Source: a virus (taxonomy: Duplodnaviria; Caudoviricetes). Taken from it: 64,000 bases of DNA. Below the pieces are notes generated by a model that was given only the letters and a program-made list of their open reading frames with translations, ran no database searches and had not been told where the DNA came from. The stretch covers positions 1 through 64,000 of the IMG/VR virus record IMGVR_UViG_3300028601_000023. One strand, written 5' to 3'. Of this stretch, positions 29,243-39,449 are shown one piece after another. Numbering within the stretch: position 1 is the stretch's first letter; every line of letters starts with the position of its first letter. Made by a program: the position numbers and the translations under genes.

Positions 29243-29273
29243 CTTATCTCAATCAACAAACCACGGAGTTTAA

Positions 29274-31499
29274 ATGTCTGACACTTTCCGCATCTACTCA
29301 AATTTGCTCGCTCAGGAAGGAATCGACCTGAAGTATTCAGCAAAGGTTGCAACCGCCAGCTTCGACTTCGACACACGGAAGATTACACTTCCAGCATTTG
29401 AATATCTTGACACCACTTCAAACCAGATGATGACGGCTCACGAAGCGGGACATGCTCTTTATTCGCTTTATACTTTGGATCAAGTCAAATCTCACAATAG
29501 AAAATATGGATCTTTGTTCAACATTCTGGAAGACTGTTATATTGAAAAGGAAATCAAGAAATCTTTTCCTGGACTCCGTCAAATTTTTATAGATGCTTAT
29601 ACTTCGCTGTTTGATAATGAATTCTTCGGCAAGATCCCAACAGATGTCAGTGCTGCTGATATGAAATTGGTTGATAGGATCAATGTTCATTTCAAACTTG
29701 GTCATATGATTAATGTTGAATTCCTTCCAGAAGAAAAGAAATATATCTCTCAGATCTATATGCTTTCTTCCAATGAAGACGTAGTCAATTTATGCAAAGA
29801 CTTGAAAGAGTTCATCAAGGAATCTCGAAAGGAAGAAGAAAAAAACCCCGAAGAGAAACCGGCACAAAATCCTCAGAAACAAGAAGACCAAGAAGCTTCT
29901 CAGGGATCCTCTTCGGAGATTGGAGAAGACGAGAATGAAGAAACGGATTCAGATAATTCTGAAGGTGATGAAAGCGACGAAGAAAATGATTCTAATGGTG
30001 ATGAGACTTCTGATTCTGATGACGATAATTCAGATGAAGACTCGGATAATGAATCTGCTGAATCTGCTGAATCATCAACTGGTAATGAAGAATCCGATGA
30101 TCTTGATGATGATCTTGGTGATGATCTTATTTCTGATACTGATAACGCTGTAAAAGATAAGTTTGATAATCTGAAGACTTTCAGTTCTTCAGAAATCGAG
30201 ATCTTCAAGGTTGCTAATTGCAGTCAATATGAACATCTCTGTGGATCTCTGCTTGATTTTATTCCCATGTTCAAAACATTTCTTGCTCGTAAAGAAACCA
30301 AATTCAAATCATTTTTAGCTAGTCATGCAAATAGAGTAAAAACAATTTCTAATGCTGCGGGTGCCGCTGATTCGTATTTCAAAATGAAACTGACTGCAAA
30401 GAATTTGTCTCAATCAAAAATGAGAAAGACCGGCCGCATTGATTCTCGTACATTAGTTCATTACAAGACTCGAGATGATATCTTTAAAAAGATGATGGTA
30501 CTTCCTGAACAACAAAACCACGGAGTCATTATTCTTTTAGATGCATCTGGTAGTATTCAACCGAGTTTTTCAAATATCATTACACAGACCGCTATACTTG
30601 GGGAATTTTGCAAAAGAAATTCTATCCCATTTGAAATATTTCTTTTTGGTGCAAGAGCAGCAGGCCGGGATTCAAAGCCAGTACACAAGATTGCTGATAG
30701 TTTAAATTTTGATCTTCGAACATTTCTTTTGTTTGATGTTACTGAAAATAGAAATAAACTGAAATATAAATATCGTACCGAAATACCAATGTGGTATTTT
30801 GGTGAAACTCCAATGGACGCAGCGTGTGTTGTTGCAGAAGAACGTATTGCTGCATTTAAATCTGCTGGAATTGAAAAAACTCATCTCTTTTTGATTACAG
30901 ACGGCGACAGTATTGGAAGCAACGTTATTCTTGATACAGATAATGGGATTTTGCATTCATATTTGGTCGGCCGTGGTATGGAGGGTAATTGTGATCCATC
31001 CAGGCTGATCTATAAAAATCAAAGCATTGATATTTCTAAATACATTGGAGAACTCTCAGATTTTTCCAATGAAATAGCAAGATCGCCGTTCTATATTGAA
31101 AAGTTTCTTTACTATATCAAAAAGAAACACCAAACAAAAGTAACTTTGTGCTATTGTGGAAACCAAGATATCCCACAAACCAACTACAAGATCGGTAGAA
31201 TGAAAGGTAAGCATTACGCGTATCATGGAATGAATGTATTAGATAACAGTTTAGTGTGTTCAAATAAAGATCTTACAAAGATGAAACAGAATAATGAAAT
31301 CGGATACGCAAAAGTTGATCTTCCTTGGATGAACAATGTTATCTATTTTACAGACTCTGCCTTCAAAACTGGATCCAGTAATAATCTTCCAAAGTTTTCG
31401 ATTACAGACGATGATCACCTGAAGGCTATATCCGAACACAATAAACTGAGATCTGCTCTGTCTTTATTCATCAAAGAACTTGTCATGGAACTTGCATAA
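29274..31499 (+). CDS. Zincin-like (HExxH) + acidic linker + vWA/MIDAS protein (CobT-like)
   Basis: HEAGH, FNILED..IE, D/E/S-rich linker, MIDAS LLDASGS, ETP, LITDG. Confidence 0.85.
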   Translation: MSDTFRIYSNLLAQEGIDLKYSAKVATASFDFDTRKITLPAFEYLDTTSNQMMTAHEAGHALYSLYTLDQVKSHNRKYGSLFNILEDCYIEKEIKKSFPGLRQIFIDAYTSLFDNEFFGKIPTDVSAADMKLVDRINVHFKLGHMINVEFLPEEKKYISQIYMLSSNEDVVNLCKDLKEFIKESRKEEEKNPEEKPAQNPQKQEDQEASQGSSSEIGEDENEETDSDNSEGDESDEENDSNGDETSDSDDDNSDEDSDNESAESAESSTGNEESDDLDDDLGDDLISDTDNAVKDKFDNLKTFSSSEIEIFKVANCSQYEHLCGSLLDFIPMFKTFLARKETKFKSFLASHANRVKTISNAAGAADSYFKMKLTAKNLSQSKMRKTGRIDSRTLVHYKTRDDIFKKMMVLPEQQNHGVIILLDASGSIQPSFSNIITQTAILGEFCKRNSIPFEIFLFGARAAGRDSKPVHKIADSLNFDLRTFLLFDVTENRNKLKYKYRTEIPMWYFGETPMDAACVVAEERIAAFKSAGIEKTHLFLITDGDSIGSNVILDTDNGILHSYLVGRGMEGNCDPSRLIYKNQSIDISKYIGELSDFSNEIARSPFYIEKFLYYIKKKHQTKVTLCYCGNQDIPQTNYKIGRMKGKHYAYHGMNVLDNSLVCSNKDLTKMKQNNEIGYAKVDLPWMNNVIYFTDSAFKTGSSNNLPKFSITDDDHLKAISEHNKLRSALSLFIKELVMELA

Positions 31500-31505
31500 A
31501 ACTTG

Positions 31506-31534
31506 TTGACACATCCACCTCATTTAGTTATTGT
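31506..31534 (+). promoter_or_regulatory. sigma70-type early promoter
   Basis: TTGACA-17-TATTGT. Confidence 0.75.
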
Positions 31535-31570
31535 TCTTCTATCATCAACAAAACCGAGGAGTTTCTCAAA

Positions 31571-32761
31571 ATGGCAAGAATCAATACTGACAAGATCGTT
31601 GCTTTCGCTATCGCAGCAAAAGATTATGTAACCTATCCTCTTCTGACGTTAGCAGAAATCACCGAGATTAGAAAGTGTTGCACTGTTCCTGGGCAGATCT
31701 GGGAATTTAAGGATACATCTTTCAAACCACATCGGTTCAATGTCGAAGCAATGGTCTCTAAGTATGTCGGGGAAACATCGCAAACACTTGCTCCAGTTGA
31801 AAAACCTTCTGATGATATTGTTGAAATGTATGTAGTTGAACCTCCAAAAGAATTTACCAAACCTATTCAAATTGTAGATCAAGATATGCAACTGTATATT
31901 CCTCAAGTAGATCCTGTTTTTATTCCTCATGGCGAGAACTATGATATTATTGATAACGTAATTTCTTCCCATGAATTCTTCCCAACATATATCTTCGGAG
32001 TTTCTGGAGTTGGTAAGACTTCATCGATCTCCCATTCATGTGCAATTAACAAACGACCTTTCTTCAGAGTCCAGATTACTAAAGAAACTGTGGATGAAGA
32101 TCTCATTGGTGGCATGAAACTTGAAAACGGTAATACTGTTTGGCAAGACGGCCCTGTAATGATTGCATACAAATGTGGTGGAGTATTGCTTCTTGATGAA
32201 TGTGATTTGAATAATGCTCTGATGATTTTGCAACCGATCCTTGAATGCAAGCCGTTCTATATCAAGCAGACTGGGGAGCTTGTACACCCCAAAGCAGGAT
32301 TCACTGTATTTGCTACGGGTAACTCCAAAGGAACTGGAGAGGATTCACGATTCATTGGAACAACTGTTCTGAATAGTGCATTCCGTGAAAGATTTGCTTT
32401 GATGCTTGAACAGGATCTTCCGCCGATCAATATTGAAAAACGGATCATCACTAAACTGATGAAAGACTGGAAGTTCTCGATTGAAAAGAATCTTTTGAAT
32501 TCTTTCCTTAAATGGATCGATCTTTCAAGGAAGTCTTATGCTGACGGTAACATCGAAGATTATATTTCAACCCGTAGAGTGCAGCATATACTCCGTGCAT
32601 ATAAAATTACATCTGACTTCCGCAAGGCCTTAGATATGTCCCTGACGCTTTATGATAATGTTTCTAAGGAAGCACTAATGTTGCTTTGGGATTCGGTTTA
32701 TTCTGCTCAACCGGATACTGATGATCAGCCAGAAAAAGAAGATGATCGCCATCCTTTCTAA
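31571..32761 (+). CDS. cobS: MoxR/CobS-family AAA+ ATPase
   Basis: GVSGVGKT, EDLIGG, DGPV, LLLDE, ATGNSKG.G, AFRERF. Confidence 0.9.
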   Translation: MARINTDKIVAFAIAAKDYVTYPLLTLAEITEIRKCCTVPGQIWEFKDTSFKPHRFNVEAMVSKYVGETSQTLAPVEKPSDDIVEMYVVEPPKEFTKPIQIVDQDMQLYIPQVDPVFIPHGENYDIIDNVISSHEFFPTYIFGVSGVGKTSSISHSCAINKRPFFRVQITKETVDEDLIGGMKLENGNTVWQDGPVMIAYKCGGVLLLDECDLNNALMILQPILECKPFYIKQTGELVHPKAGFTVFATGNSKGTGEDSRFIGTTVLNSAFRERFALMLEQDLPPINIEKRIITKLMKDWKFSIEKNLLNSFLKWIDLSRKSYADGNIEDYISTRRVQHILRAYKITSDFRKALDMSLTLYDNVSKEALMLLWDSVYSAQPDTDDQPEKEDDRHPF

Positions 32762-32765
32762 ATAG

Positions 32766-32794
32766 TTGACAAACCCACAAAGTCTGTATATACT
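32766..32794 (+). promoter_or_regulatory. sigma70-type promoter
   Basis: TTGACA-17-TATACT. Confidence 0.8.
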
Positions 32795-32823
32795 AATTTT
32801 TAACAAACAATAAGGAGTTCTAA

Positions 32824-33498
32824 ATGAAAATCTGTCCTGAAACACTTACACTTTTGAAACATTTTTCTACTATCAATTCTGGGATCTCGATTGATCCAGG
32901 CAATCGGATCTTCTCGAAGTCTGAACTTGGCACCATGATTGCTGTAGCAACTGTAACTGAAACATTTGATAAACAGTTCGTTACAAGCTATCTTGCTAAT
33001 TTCTTAGCAGCCGCTTCTCTGTATGACAATCCAGAATTCAGTTTCGAGTCGACCCACGTTTGTATTGAATCTGATGATGGTTCCCAGAAGACGAAGTTCT
33101 TTTACGGTAATCCAGATCTTGTCAATCAGAAGAACAAGCTTCCAAAGCCGCAGCCTGAAGTTGCTTTTAGTTTCACTCTGAATCGTGAAGCATATGCAAA
33201 AGTATTGAAAGCAGCAGCTACCCTTTCTGCTCCAGACATTTGCTTCAAGGCCTCTGATGGAAAGATCATGATCTCTGCTTTTGATCGGAAGATTTCTACA
33301 AGCTCTTCATTTGAATTGCATGTAGCTGATTGTGATCCTGAACTCGATTATTCATTTTGCTTCAAGAAGCAGTATCTCAACCTGATGAATTCTTTTACAT
33401 ACGAATGTTCAATCTCTACTACATGTCTTGCAGAATTCACGGCTGTTGATTCTCCTTTCTCCGAACTTCGTTTCTTTACCGTCGCTGAACAAGTCTAA
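32824..33498 (+). CDS. gp45: Sliding clamp
   Basis: T..LLKHFSTINSGI N-terminus; synteny 45-44-62. Confidence 0.9.
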   Translation: MKICPETLTLLKHFSTINSGISIDPGNRIFSKSELGTMIAVATVTETFDKQFVTSYLANFLAAASLYDNPEFSFESTHVCIESDDGSQKTKFFYGNPDLVNQKNKLPKPQPEVAFSFTLNREAYAKVLKAAATLSAPDICFKASDGKIMISAFDRKISTSSSFELHVADCDPELDYSFCFKKQYLNLMNSFTYECSISTTCLAEFTAVDSPFSELRFFTVAEQV

Positions 33499-33501
33499 TA
33501 T

Positions 33502-33518
33502 GGGGCTTCGGCCCCTTT
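33502..33518 (+). terminator. UUCG hairpin / weak terminator after gp45
   Basis: GGGGC-TTCG-GCCCC-TTT. Confidence 0.7.
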
Positions 33519-33530
33519 CTAGGAGAAACA

Positions 33531-34478
33531 ATGTCTGATATATTGAATTCGACCTGGGTGGAGAAATACAGACCTCATTCTATTGACGACTGTATCCTTC
33601 CATCTAGAATTAAAAATGCTTTTAAGTCATCGGTTGAATCGGGGAAGATTCAGAATCTATTGTTGACAGGATGTCAAGGTGCAGGTAAGACCTCTATTGC
33701 ACTAGCATTAGTTGATGACTTAGAAGCAGACTATTTGTTTATTGATGCAAGTACTGATGGCGGAAAGCAAATGATTCAAGATTCAATTGTTCCATTTGCT
33801 TCTACAATATCAATGTCAAATGCAGCAGTACCAAAGATTATCATACTTGATGAAGCAGACGGTTTGACTTCTGCTGCTCAGCTTTCATTGCGTCCGACTA
33901 TCGAAAGGTATGCTGCTACAACACGATTCATCTTTACTGGTAATTATCCAGCCAAGTTTATCAAAGCTATCAAATCTCGGTGTGCTCATTTTGATTTTAA
34001 TATCAGAAAAGAAGATAAGCCTGAGATGCTCTCCCAGTTTCATAAACGATGCTGTATGATTCTTGAAGATAATTCTATACAGTACGACAAAAAAATCCTT
34101 GCTTTCTTTATCAATAAGTTCTTTCCAGACTATAGAAAAGTTATCAATGAACTGCAGTCGTATGCTGCGTCTGTTGGTGTAATTGATGAGGGTATTCTTA
34201 GTATTGGAGATGATGAGATTGCTGCAGTACTATATCCGCTGATTCTCAACCGAAAGTTTGAAGATGCGCGGAAATGGATTCAAGAGACCGCTAATTCTCC
34301 CGAAGATATATATGCATCTCTGTTTTCCAATATGAAAGATCATGTTGAACCAAAGATGATGCCGGCCTTTATTGTTATTCTTGCAGACTATCAGCATAAA
34401 TCTGCTATGGTTGCAAATCAGAATCTCAATACACTTGCGTGTCTTGTTGAGATGATGGGTGCTGTAAATGGCGCGTAA
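33531..34478 (+). CDS. gp44: Clamp loader ATPase subunit
   Basis: WVEKYRP..IDDCILP, G.QGAGKT, ILDEAD, SRC, FPDYRK..NELQ. Confidence 0.96.
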   Translation: MSDILNSTWVEKYRPHSIDDCILPSRIKNAFKSSVESGKIQNLLLTGCQGAGKTSIALALVDDLEADYLFIDASTDGGKQMIQDSIVPFASTISMSNAAVPKIIILDEADGLTSAAQLSLRPTIERYAATTRFIFTGNYPAKFIKAIKSRCAHFDFNIRKEDKPEMLSQFHKRCCMILEDNSIQYDKKILAFFINKFFPDYRKVINELQSYAASVGVIDEGILSIGDDEIAAVLYPLILNRKFEDARKWIQETANSPEDIYASLFSNMKDHVEPKMMPAFIVILADYQHKSAMVANQNLNTLACLVEMMGAVNGA

Positions 34479-34998
34479 GAAGAAAGAAGAATACGATGAG
34501 TTAGTTCCACATTCTCAGGTAGTAGAAATAGTGCCTGAGAATGAATCTACAGATCGTAAGGCTATAGGGCTGTTTGATATTATCAACGACATATCAAGTC
34601 ATTCTAATGTCATCTCAGAGCTTATAGAAACGGAAGGATTCCCTAAAGAATATTCAGCGTTCATGATAACCAAAGCATTCGGCAATTTTTATGATACTAT
34701 ACTTCTAGCTAATGAAATGAATTTGCGTCACTGGATTCCTAACGAAGCTCATTATCATTTTCTTTATAATTCTGTTTATCCTCGGAAGAGATTTTCCAAA
34801 TGGTATAAACAGACTTCTGATGAAAACTTCTCTCACATCGCAAAGGTATTAAATATTTCAGAACGCGTACTGCGACTGATTTACAAAAACATTCCCAAGG
34901 AGTCTATTGATGCTATACTTGAATACAAAGACGGACAAGTCGAAACCAAAAAATCGGCCTCTATCAAAACAACCAAAAAGAAAAGCAAACGCTCTTAA
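34468..34998 (+). CDS. gp62: Clamp loader small subunit
   Basis: LFD.IN.I, YSAFMI.K, ANEMN, RKRFSKW. Confidence 0.88.
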   Translation: MARKKKEEYDELVPHSQVVEIVPENESTDRKAIGLFDIINDISSHSNVISELIETEGFPKEYSAFMITKAFGNFYDTILLANEMNLRHWIPNEAHYHFLYNSVYPRKRFSKWYKQTSDENFSHIAKVLNISERVLRLIYKNIPKESIDAILEYKDGQVETKKSASIKTTKKKSKRS

Positions 34999-35743
34999 TG
35001 ATTCAAAAAATATCAAGTTCAACGAAAAAATAGTCGAAAAACCAAATGGAGAACAGATCACACTGTGGAGTTATTTTGTAACTACCAATATGGTACAACT
35101 GCAGGATGATTATCCACCGTTCCCTTCTACATGTGTAGATCTATATTTGTATAATGAAATTCAAGATGTAGAACTATATACTGAAGTATTTCATCTATTG
35201 CGGAATCTTGAAAAACCAGATGAACTGCATATTTACATTAACTCTCCCGGTGGTTCTGTAAATACTACAGCATCTTTCCTTGCTGTTATCAGTGAACTAC
35301 CATGCATTATTGTAACACATATCGACGGTGTTGCTGCATCTGCTGCATTCATCCTTGCTCTGACCGGTGACTATATTGAAATTGGACCTTACTCTTCTTT
35401 AATGGCTCACAACTTCTCTCTTTCTACATTCCATACTGATGGAGCTAATCTGTCTAAGTACTTGGATTCTATGAAAGCTACATATCGTGAGATGTTGTTT
35501 GAATATGGTACTAAGATTCTATCTGAAGAAGAGATCAAAGGAATTCTTGATCATGGCCACGAATTACATCTAACAGCACAAGAAGCAAAGACCAGATTCG
35601 AAGCTTATATTGACCGGAAGAAAAAAGAAGCTGAAGCAAAAACAAAGGTTAAGCGTAAAACTATCAAAAAGAAGCTCTGTTCAACTGATCTACCACCAGA
35701 ACAAGAAGATGCTCTTGTCAATGATCTTGTTGAAGCAGACTAA
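34907..35743 (+). CDS. ClpP-family serine protease (start uncertain)
   Basis: YINSPGG, catalytic Ser in GVAASAA, His in LMAHN. Confidence 0.85.
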   Translation: MMLYLNTKTDKSKPKNRPLSKQPKRKANALNDSKNIKFNEKIVEKPNGEQITLWSYFVTTNMVQLQDDYPPFPSTCVDLYLYNEIQDVELYTEVFHLLRNLEKPDELHIYINSPGGSVNTTASFLAVISELPCIIVTHIDGVAASAAFILALTGDYIEIGPYSSLMAHNFSLSTFHTDGANLSKYLDSMKATYREMLFEYGTKILSEEEIKGILDHGHELHLTAQEAKTRFEAYIDRKKKEAEAKTKVKRKTIKKKLCSTDLPPEQEDALVNDLVEAD

Positions 35744-35772
35744 TTGACAGACCATCAGTTTTAGTATAGGAT
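35744..35772 (+). promoter_or_regulatory. sigma70-type promoter for DNA polymerase
   Basis: TTGACA-17-TAGGAT. Confidence 0.65.
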
Positions 35773-35814
35773 CTATTTTTAATGGGTCCTAATTTATTTT
35801 AACACGGAGGAAGA

Positions 35815-38526
35815 GTGCAGTATCTAAATGTATACAGGGGCAGACGCGGTTTATGTGTACGGGAGCATGATGGAAAAAAAGAGATTCGTAAAAGGTTAAC
35901 ATTCAAACCTTCTCTCTATGCTCGATGTTCTGATGGATCAGCAGATTTTATGGATTTTTATGGCGGTCCTGTCCAGAAGATAACCTTTGATTCTATGTAT
36001 GAGATGAAGAACCATGTTAAGAATTATGGCGATATGCCTGGGGAACTGTGGGGTAATACTAATCCAGTCTATCAGTATATCTATGAGACATATAAAGACG
36101 AGCCGAATCCAAATAACGTCAATATAGCTTTCCTTGACATCGAAGTACTATCAAAACAATTGATAAATGGAGAATGGGTTGATGGCGGATTTCCTGTTGC
36201 ATCAGAAGCAAAGTTCCCAGTCAATGCTATCTGTCAATATAACTCAAATAAAAAACGATTTGTAGTATATACAACTGCTCTATGGAATGTCAGTGAGTCT
36301 ATTCTGAAGTATAAAGATCTTGTTGATTATGTGTATTGTAAATCAGAAGAAGAGCTGATCGAAAAATGGTTATATGCATGGGAATCTGATACACCAGCTA
36401 TTCTAACTGGATGGAATGTTCTAAGTTTCGACGTTACATATATGATCAATAGAATAAAGATTGTTCTTGGTGAAGACGAAACAAAGCGTTTATCTCCTTG
36501 GGGTGTTATTGATTCTAGAGAAACAAAGAATAATTTTGGACAATCTGAGATCTCTTATTCTATCGCCGGTGTCGCTATTCTAGACTATATTGATCTCTAC
36601 AAGAAATATCGTTATAAACCTCGTGAGAAATACACACTTTCCTTTATTGCTAAATGTGAACTGAAGGAAGATGAATACAAGTTGGAATATGAAGGATCGT
36701 TGAATAATCTTTATTATGACAATCCGACATATTTTGTTGACTACAACATCAATGACGTATTCTTGATCACAAAGTTTGAAGAGACATTACAGTTTGTACA
36801 GATTGCAGTATTCCTAGCATACTTTGCTGGCATTAACATTGAAGATTCATTTAGTCCAATTAGAATATGGGATACTCTGATCTATCGAGAATGTGAGAAC
36901 CGTGGTATTGCTATTCCAATGGATAAAATGTCAGAAGCAGTTGAATATGAAGGCGCTTTTGTCATGGATCCTATTCCTGGACTAAAGAAATGTATTGTCA
37001 GTTTCGACTTGACATCGCTGTATCCATCCATTATGAGACAATGGGCTATTGGTAAAGACAAGCATATATCTGGATCTGCTCATATTGATCTGATGAACGG
37101 ACTAATAGAAGTACTACAAAATGAACAAAATTCAAATGCTTCTCGACAAATTCTTACAGACATTCAACAAAAAGGTGGTTTTGGAGAATATTATATTGAA
37201 AATGATATTCCAGAATGTATGACTGAATATCTTGAAAAGAATAAAGTGACCATGACTGTCAATAATCAGTTCTTTTCTATCGAAGGTGAATCTGTTTTTG
37301 CTTACTTGATTAACAAACTCTTCAAGGAACGAAAAGAAAACAAGAAAATGTCACAAGATTTTAAAAATCTTGCTAAAAATGAATCGGATTCAGTATTAAA
37401 AAAAGAATACCTATTAAAGGCCGAAATCTTTAACGTATTACAGCTAGTGAAAAAAATCGCCCTGAATTCCTGTTATGGGGCTATCGGATCTAGATTCTTT
37501 AGATACTATACTCCTGCAATGGCCGAAGCTATTACTCTATCAGGACAGATGATCATTAAGAAGTCTTCTCATAAGATTAATGATTATGTAAATAAATTGT
37601 TGAAAAATACTAATAATTTCAATTATTTAGTGTATAGTGATACGGATTCGTCATATTTTGAATTATTCGACATTTTGGAAAAGTACTGTCCAAAAGACTA
37701 TACAGCTGATCAGAAAACAGATTTTATGGATGCAGTCTGTAAACGTATTGAATCTCAGTGCCTCGCTCCTTTATATGAAAAGATGCATAAAGAATTGAAT
37801 TGTCATCCAGATAACAAAGCTCTGCATATGGACCGAGAAGTCATTGCTGTTGGAGCAGACAAAACTGGAACATGTGGATTCTGGACCGGTAAGAAACGAT
37901 ATGCTCTATTAGTAAATGACATGGAAGACTATAGATATCCAGAACCAAAGATGAAGGTCATGGGTCTAGCATCTATTCAGTCATCTACTCCAGAGATTTG
38001 TAGAAAAGATCTATCAGTTTCAGAAAAGATGCTGATTACTGAAGGAGTAGAAGCTGTTAGAACATATATTGAAGAAGTCTATACTCGGTTTATGTCTAAA
38101 TCCCCTGAAGAAATAGCTCTACCAAAATCTGTTTCAGACGTATCAAAATATGTAGACCCTCAAACTGGTCTACCGTGGGTTGGTGAATGGTATGATCATA
38201 AAAATCAGAAGACACGGAACGGCGGTGTTCCAATTCAGAGTTCTGCTGCAGTCAACTACAATTTTCTGATAAATAAATTTGGTCTATCAAAAAAATATCA
38301 GAAAATACTTGATGGAGACAAGATCAAATTCATTCACTTATATGACAATCCATATAGATTCAAAGTGATTGGATTCAACGATGTTCTTCCAGAGGAATTC
38401 GGACTGCACAAATATATCAACTATGAGGCCCACTATGAAAAGGCTTTTCTGTCTCCTCTACGTGATATTCTAACAGCTTGTAGTCTCCAACTCGAAAAAA
38501 CAGTCTCCATTGATGATTTCTTCTAG
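35815..38526 (+). CDS. gp43: Family B DNA polymerase
   Basis: Exo DIE, GWN...FD, YNINDV; pol SFDLTSLYPS, K..LNS.YG, YSDTDS, KKRY. Confidence 0.98.
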   Translation: MQYLNVYRGRRGLCVREHDGKKEIRKRLTFKPSLYARCSDGSADFMDFYGGPVQKITFDSMYEMKNHVKNYGDMPGELWGNTNPVYQYIYETYKDEPNPNNVNIAFLDIEVLSKQLINGEWVDGGFPVASEAKFPVNAICQYNSNKKRFVVYTTALWNVSESILKYKDLVDYVYCKSEEELIEKWLYAWESDTPAILTGWNVLSFDVTYMINRIKIVLGEDETKRLSPWGVIDSRETKNNFGQSEISYSIAGVAILDYIDLYKKYRYKPREKYTLSFIAKCELKEDEYKLEYEGSLNNLYYDNPTYFVDYNINDVFLITKFEETLQFVQIAVFLAYFAGINIEDSFSPIRIWDTLIYRECENRGIAIPMDKMSEAVEYEGAFVMDPIPGLKKCIVSFDLTSLYPSIMRQWAIGKDKHISGSAHIDLMNGLIEVLQNEQNSNASRQILTDIQQKGGFGEYYIENDIPECMTEYLEKNKVTMTVNNQFFSIEGESVFAYLINKLFKERKENKKMSQDFKNLAKNESDSVLKKEYLLKAEIFNVLQLVKKIALNSCYGAIGSRFFRYYTPAMAEAITLSGQMIIKKSSHKINDYVNKLLKNTNNFNYLVYSDTDSSYFELFDILEKYCPKDYTADQKTDFMDAVCKRIESQCLAPLYEKMHKELNCHPDNKALHMDREVIAVGADKTGTCGFWTGKKRYALLVNDMEDYRYPEPKMKVMGLASIQSSTPEICRKDLSVSEKMLITEGVEAVRTYIEEVYTRFMSKSPEEIALPKSVSDVSKYVDPQTGLPWVGEWYDHKNQKTRNGGVPIQSSAAVNYNFLINKFGLSKKYQKILDGDKIKFIHLYDNPYRFKVIGFNDVLPEEFGLHKYINYEAHYEKAFLSPLRDILTACSLQLEKTVSIDDFF

Positions 38527-38534
38527 GAGAATTC

Positions 38535-38726
38535 ATGAACGAGCTTTGTCCGTGCTATTTGTGCAGGTATCTAAATCGAGACGTAAAGGGTTTATATGCT
38601 TGCACAAAAGATCCGCTAAACATTAGATATGCAAGAAGAGATTACTATTATGAACTATTGTCAGAATGTCCTCTAGGATTTATGTATTTTATTCAACCAG
38701 ATAGCAGAATTGCATTTACTCGTTGA
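38535..38726 (+). CDS. Small Cys-rich hypothetical protein
   Basis: AGGAG SD; CPCYLC...C...CP. Confidence 0.6.
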   Translation: MNELCPCYLCRYLNRDVKGLYACTKDPLNIRYARRDYYYELLSECPLGFMYFIQPDSRIAFTR

Positions 38727-38774
38727 CATATCTAATTTTACTTGATATTGTCTGATATTGATTTGGAGGCAAAT

Positions 38775-39449
38775 ATGATATTAGTCTGTGGAGATCTTCA
38801 TGGAAGATGGAGAATGCTAAATGCTCTAATCAACAAAAAACAACCAACTATCATTTTGCAATGTGGAGATTTCGGAATCTTCGAAAAGTTCAACTGTTTT
38901 GTAGAAGACATAAACACACAAAACACAAAGATCTATTTCTGTGATGGAAACCATGAGAACTTTGACATTCTAGACGATCTTCGGAACAAACATGGAAACG
39001 TTCCGATTGAATATGTTAAAAATATATTCTACTGTCCTCGTGGGTCTGTTCTAGAACTACCTGATAAACGTAAAGTATTGTTTATGGGAGGAGCTGATTC
39101 TATTGATAAGAATTATAGAACTATTGGAGTAGATTGGTTCAAACAGGAAATCATCTCTCAATCAGATATAGATGGCCTTCCAGAAACAGATATCGATATT
39201 GTTATATCTCATACATGTCCGCTTTCTGTCCTTGGATATCTTAATGATGCATGGGTCCGAGACATTAGACAAAGAGATCCGTCTGTAGTTGCTTTGGATA
39301 TTGTCTATGAGAAATACAGACCGAAAGAATGGTACTTTGGACATTGGCACGTTTATAAGAAATTTAAACATGAGCAAACAGTTTTTACTGCTCTGTCTCA
39401 TAATAGATCAGAACAACAATGGTGGGTAACTTTACAGGAGGATATTTAA
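38775..39449 (+). CDS. Calcineurin-like metallophosphoesterase
   Basis: GDLHG, CGDFG, DGNHE, SHTCP, FGHWH; start after GGAGG and promoter TTGACA-17-TATTGT (38723). Confidence 0.9.
   Translation: MILVCGDLHGRWRMLNALINKKQPTIILQCGDFGIFEKFNCFVEDINTQNTKIYFCDGNHENFDILDDLRNKHGNVPIEYVKNIFYCPRGSVLELPDKRKVLFMGGADSIDKNYRTIGVDWFKQEIISQSDIDGLPETDIDIVISHTCPLSVLGYLNDAWVRDIRQRDPSVVALDIVYEKYRPKEWYFGHWHVYKKFKHEQTVFTALSHNRSEQQWWVTLQEDI

Noticed and set aside
31571-32761. Cobalamin-biosynthesis auxiliary gene
   Set aside because: No CobN or other cob genes in the window; a generic MoxR-vWA chaperone is the simpler reading.
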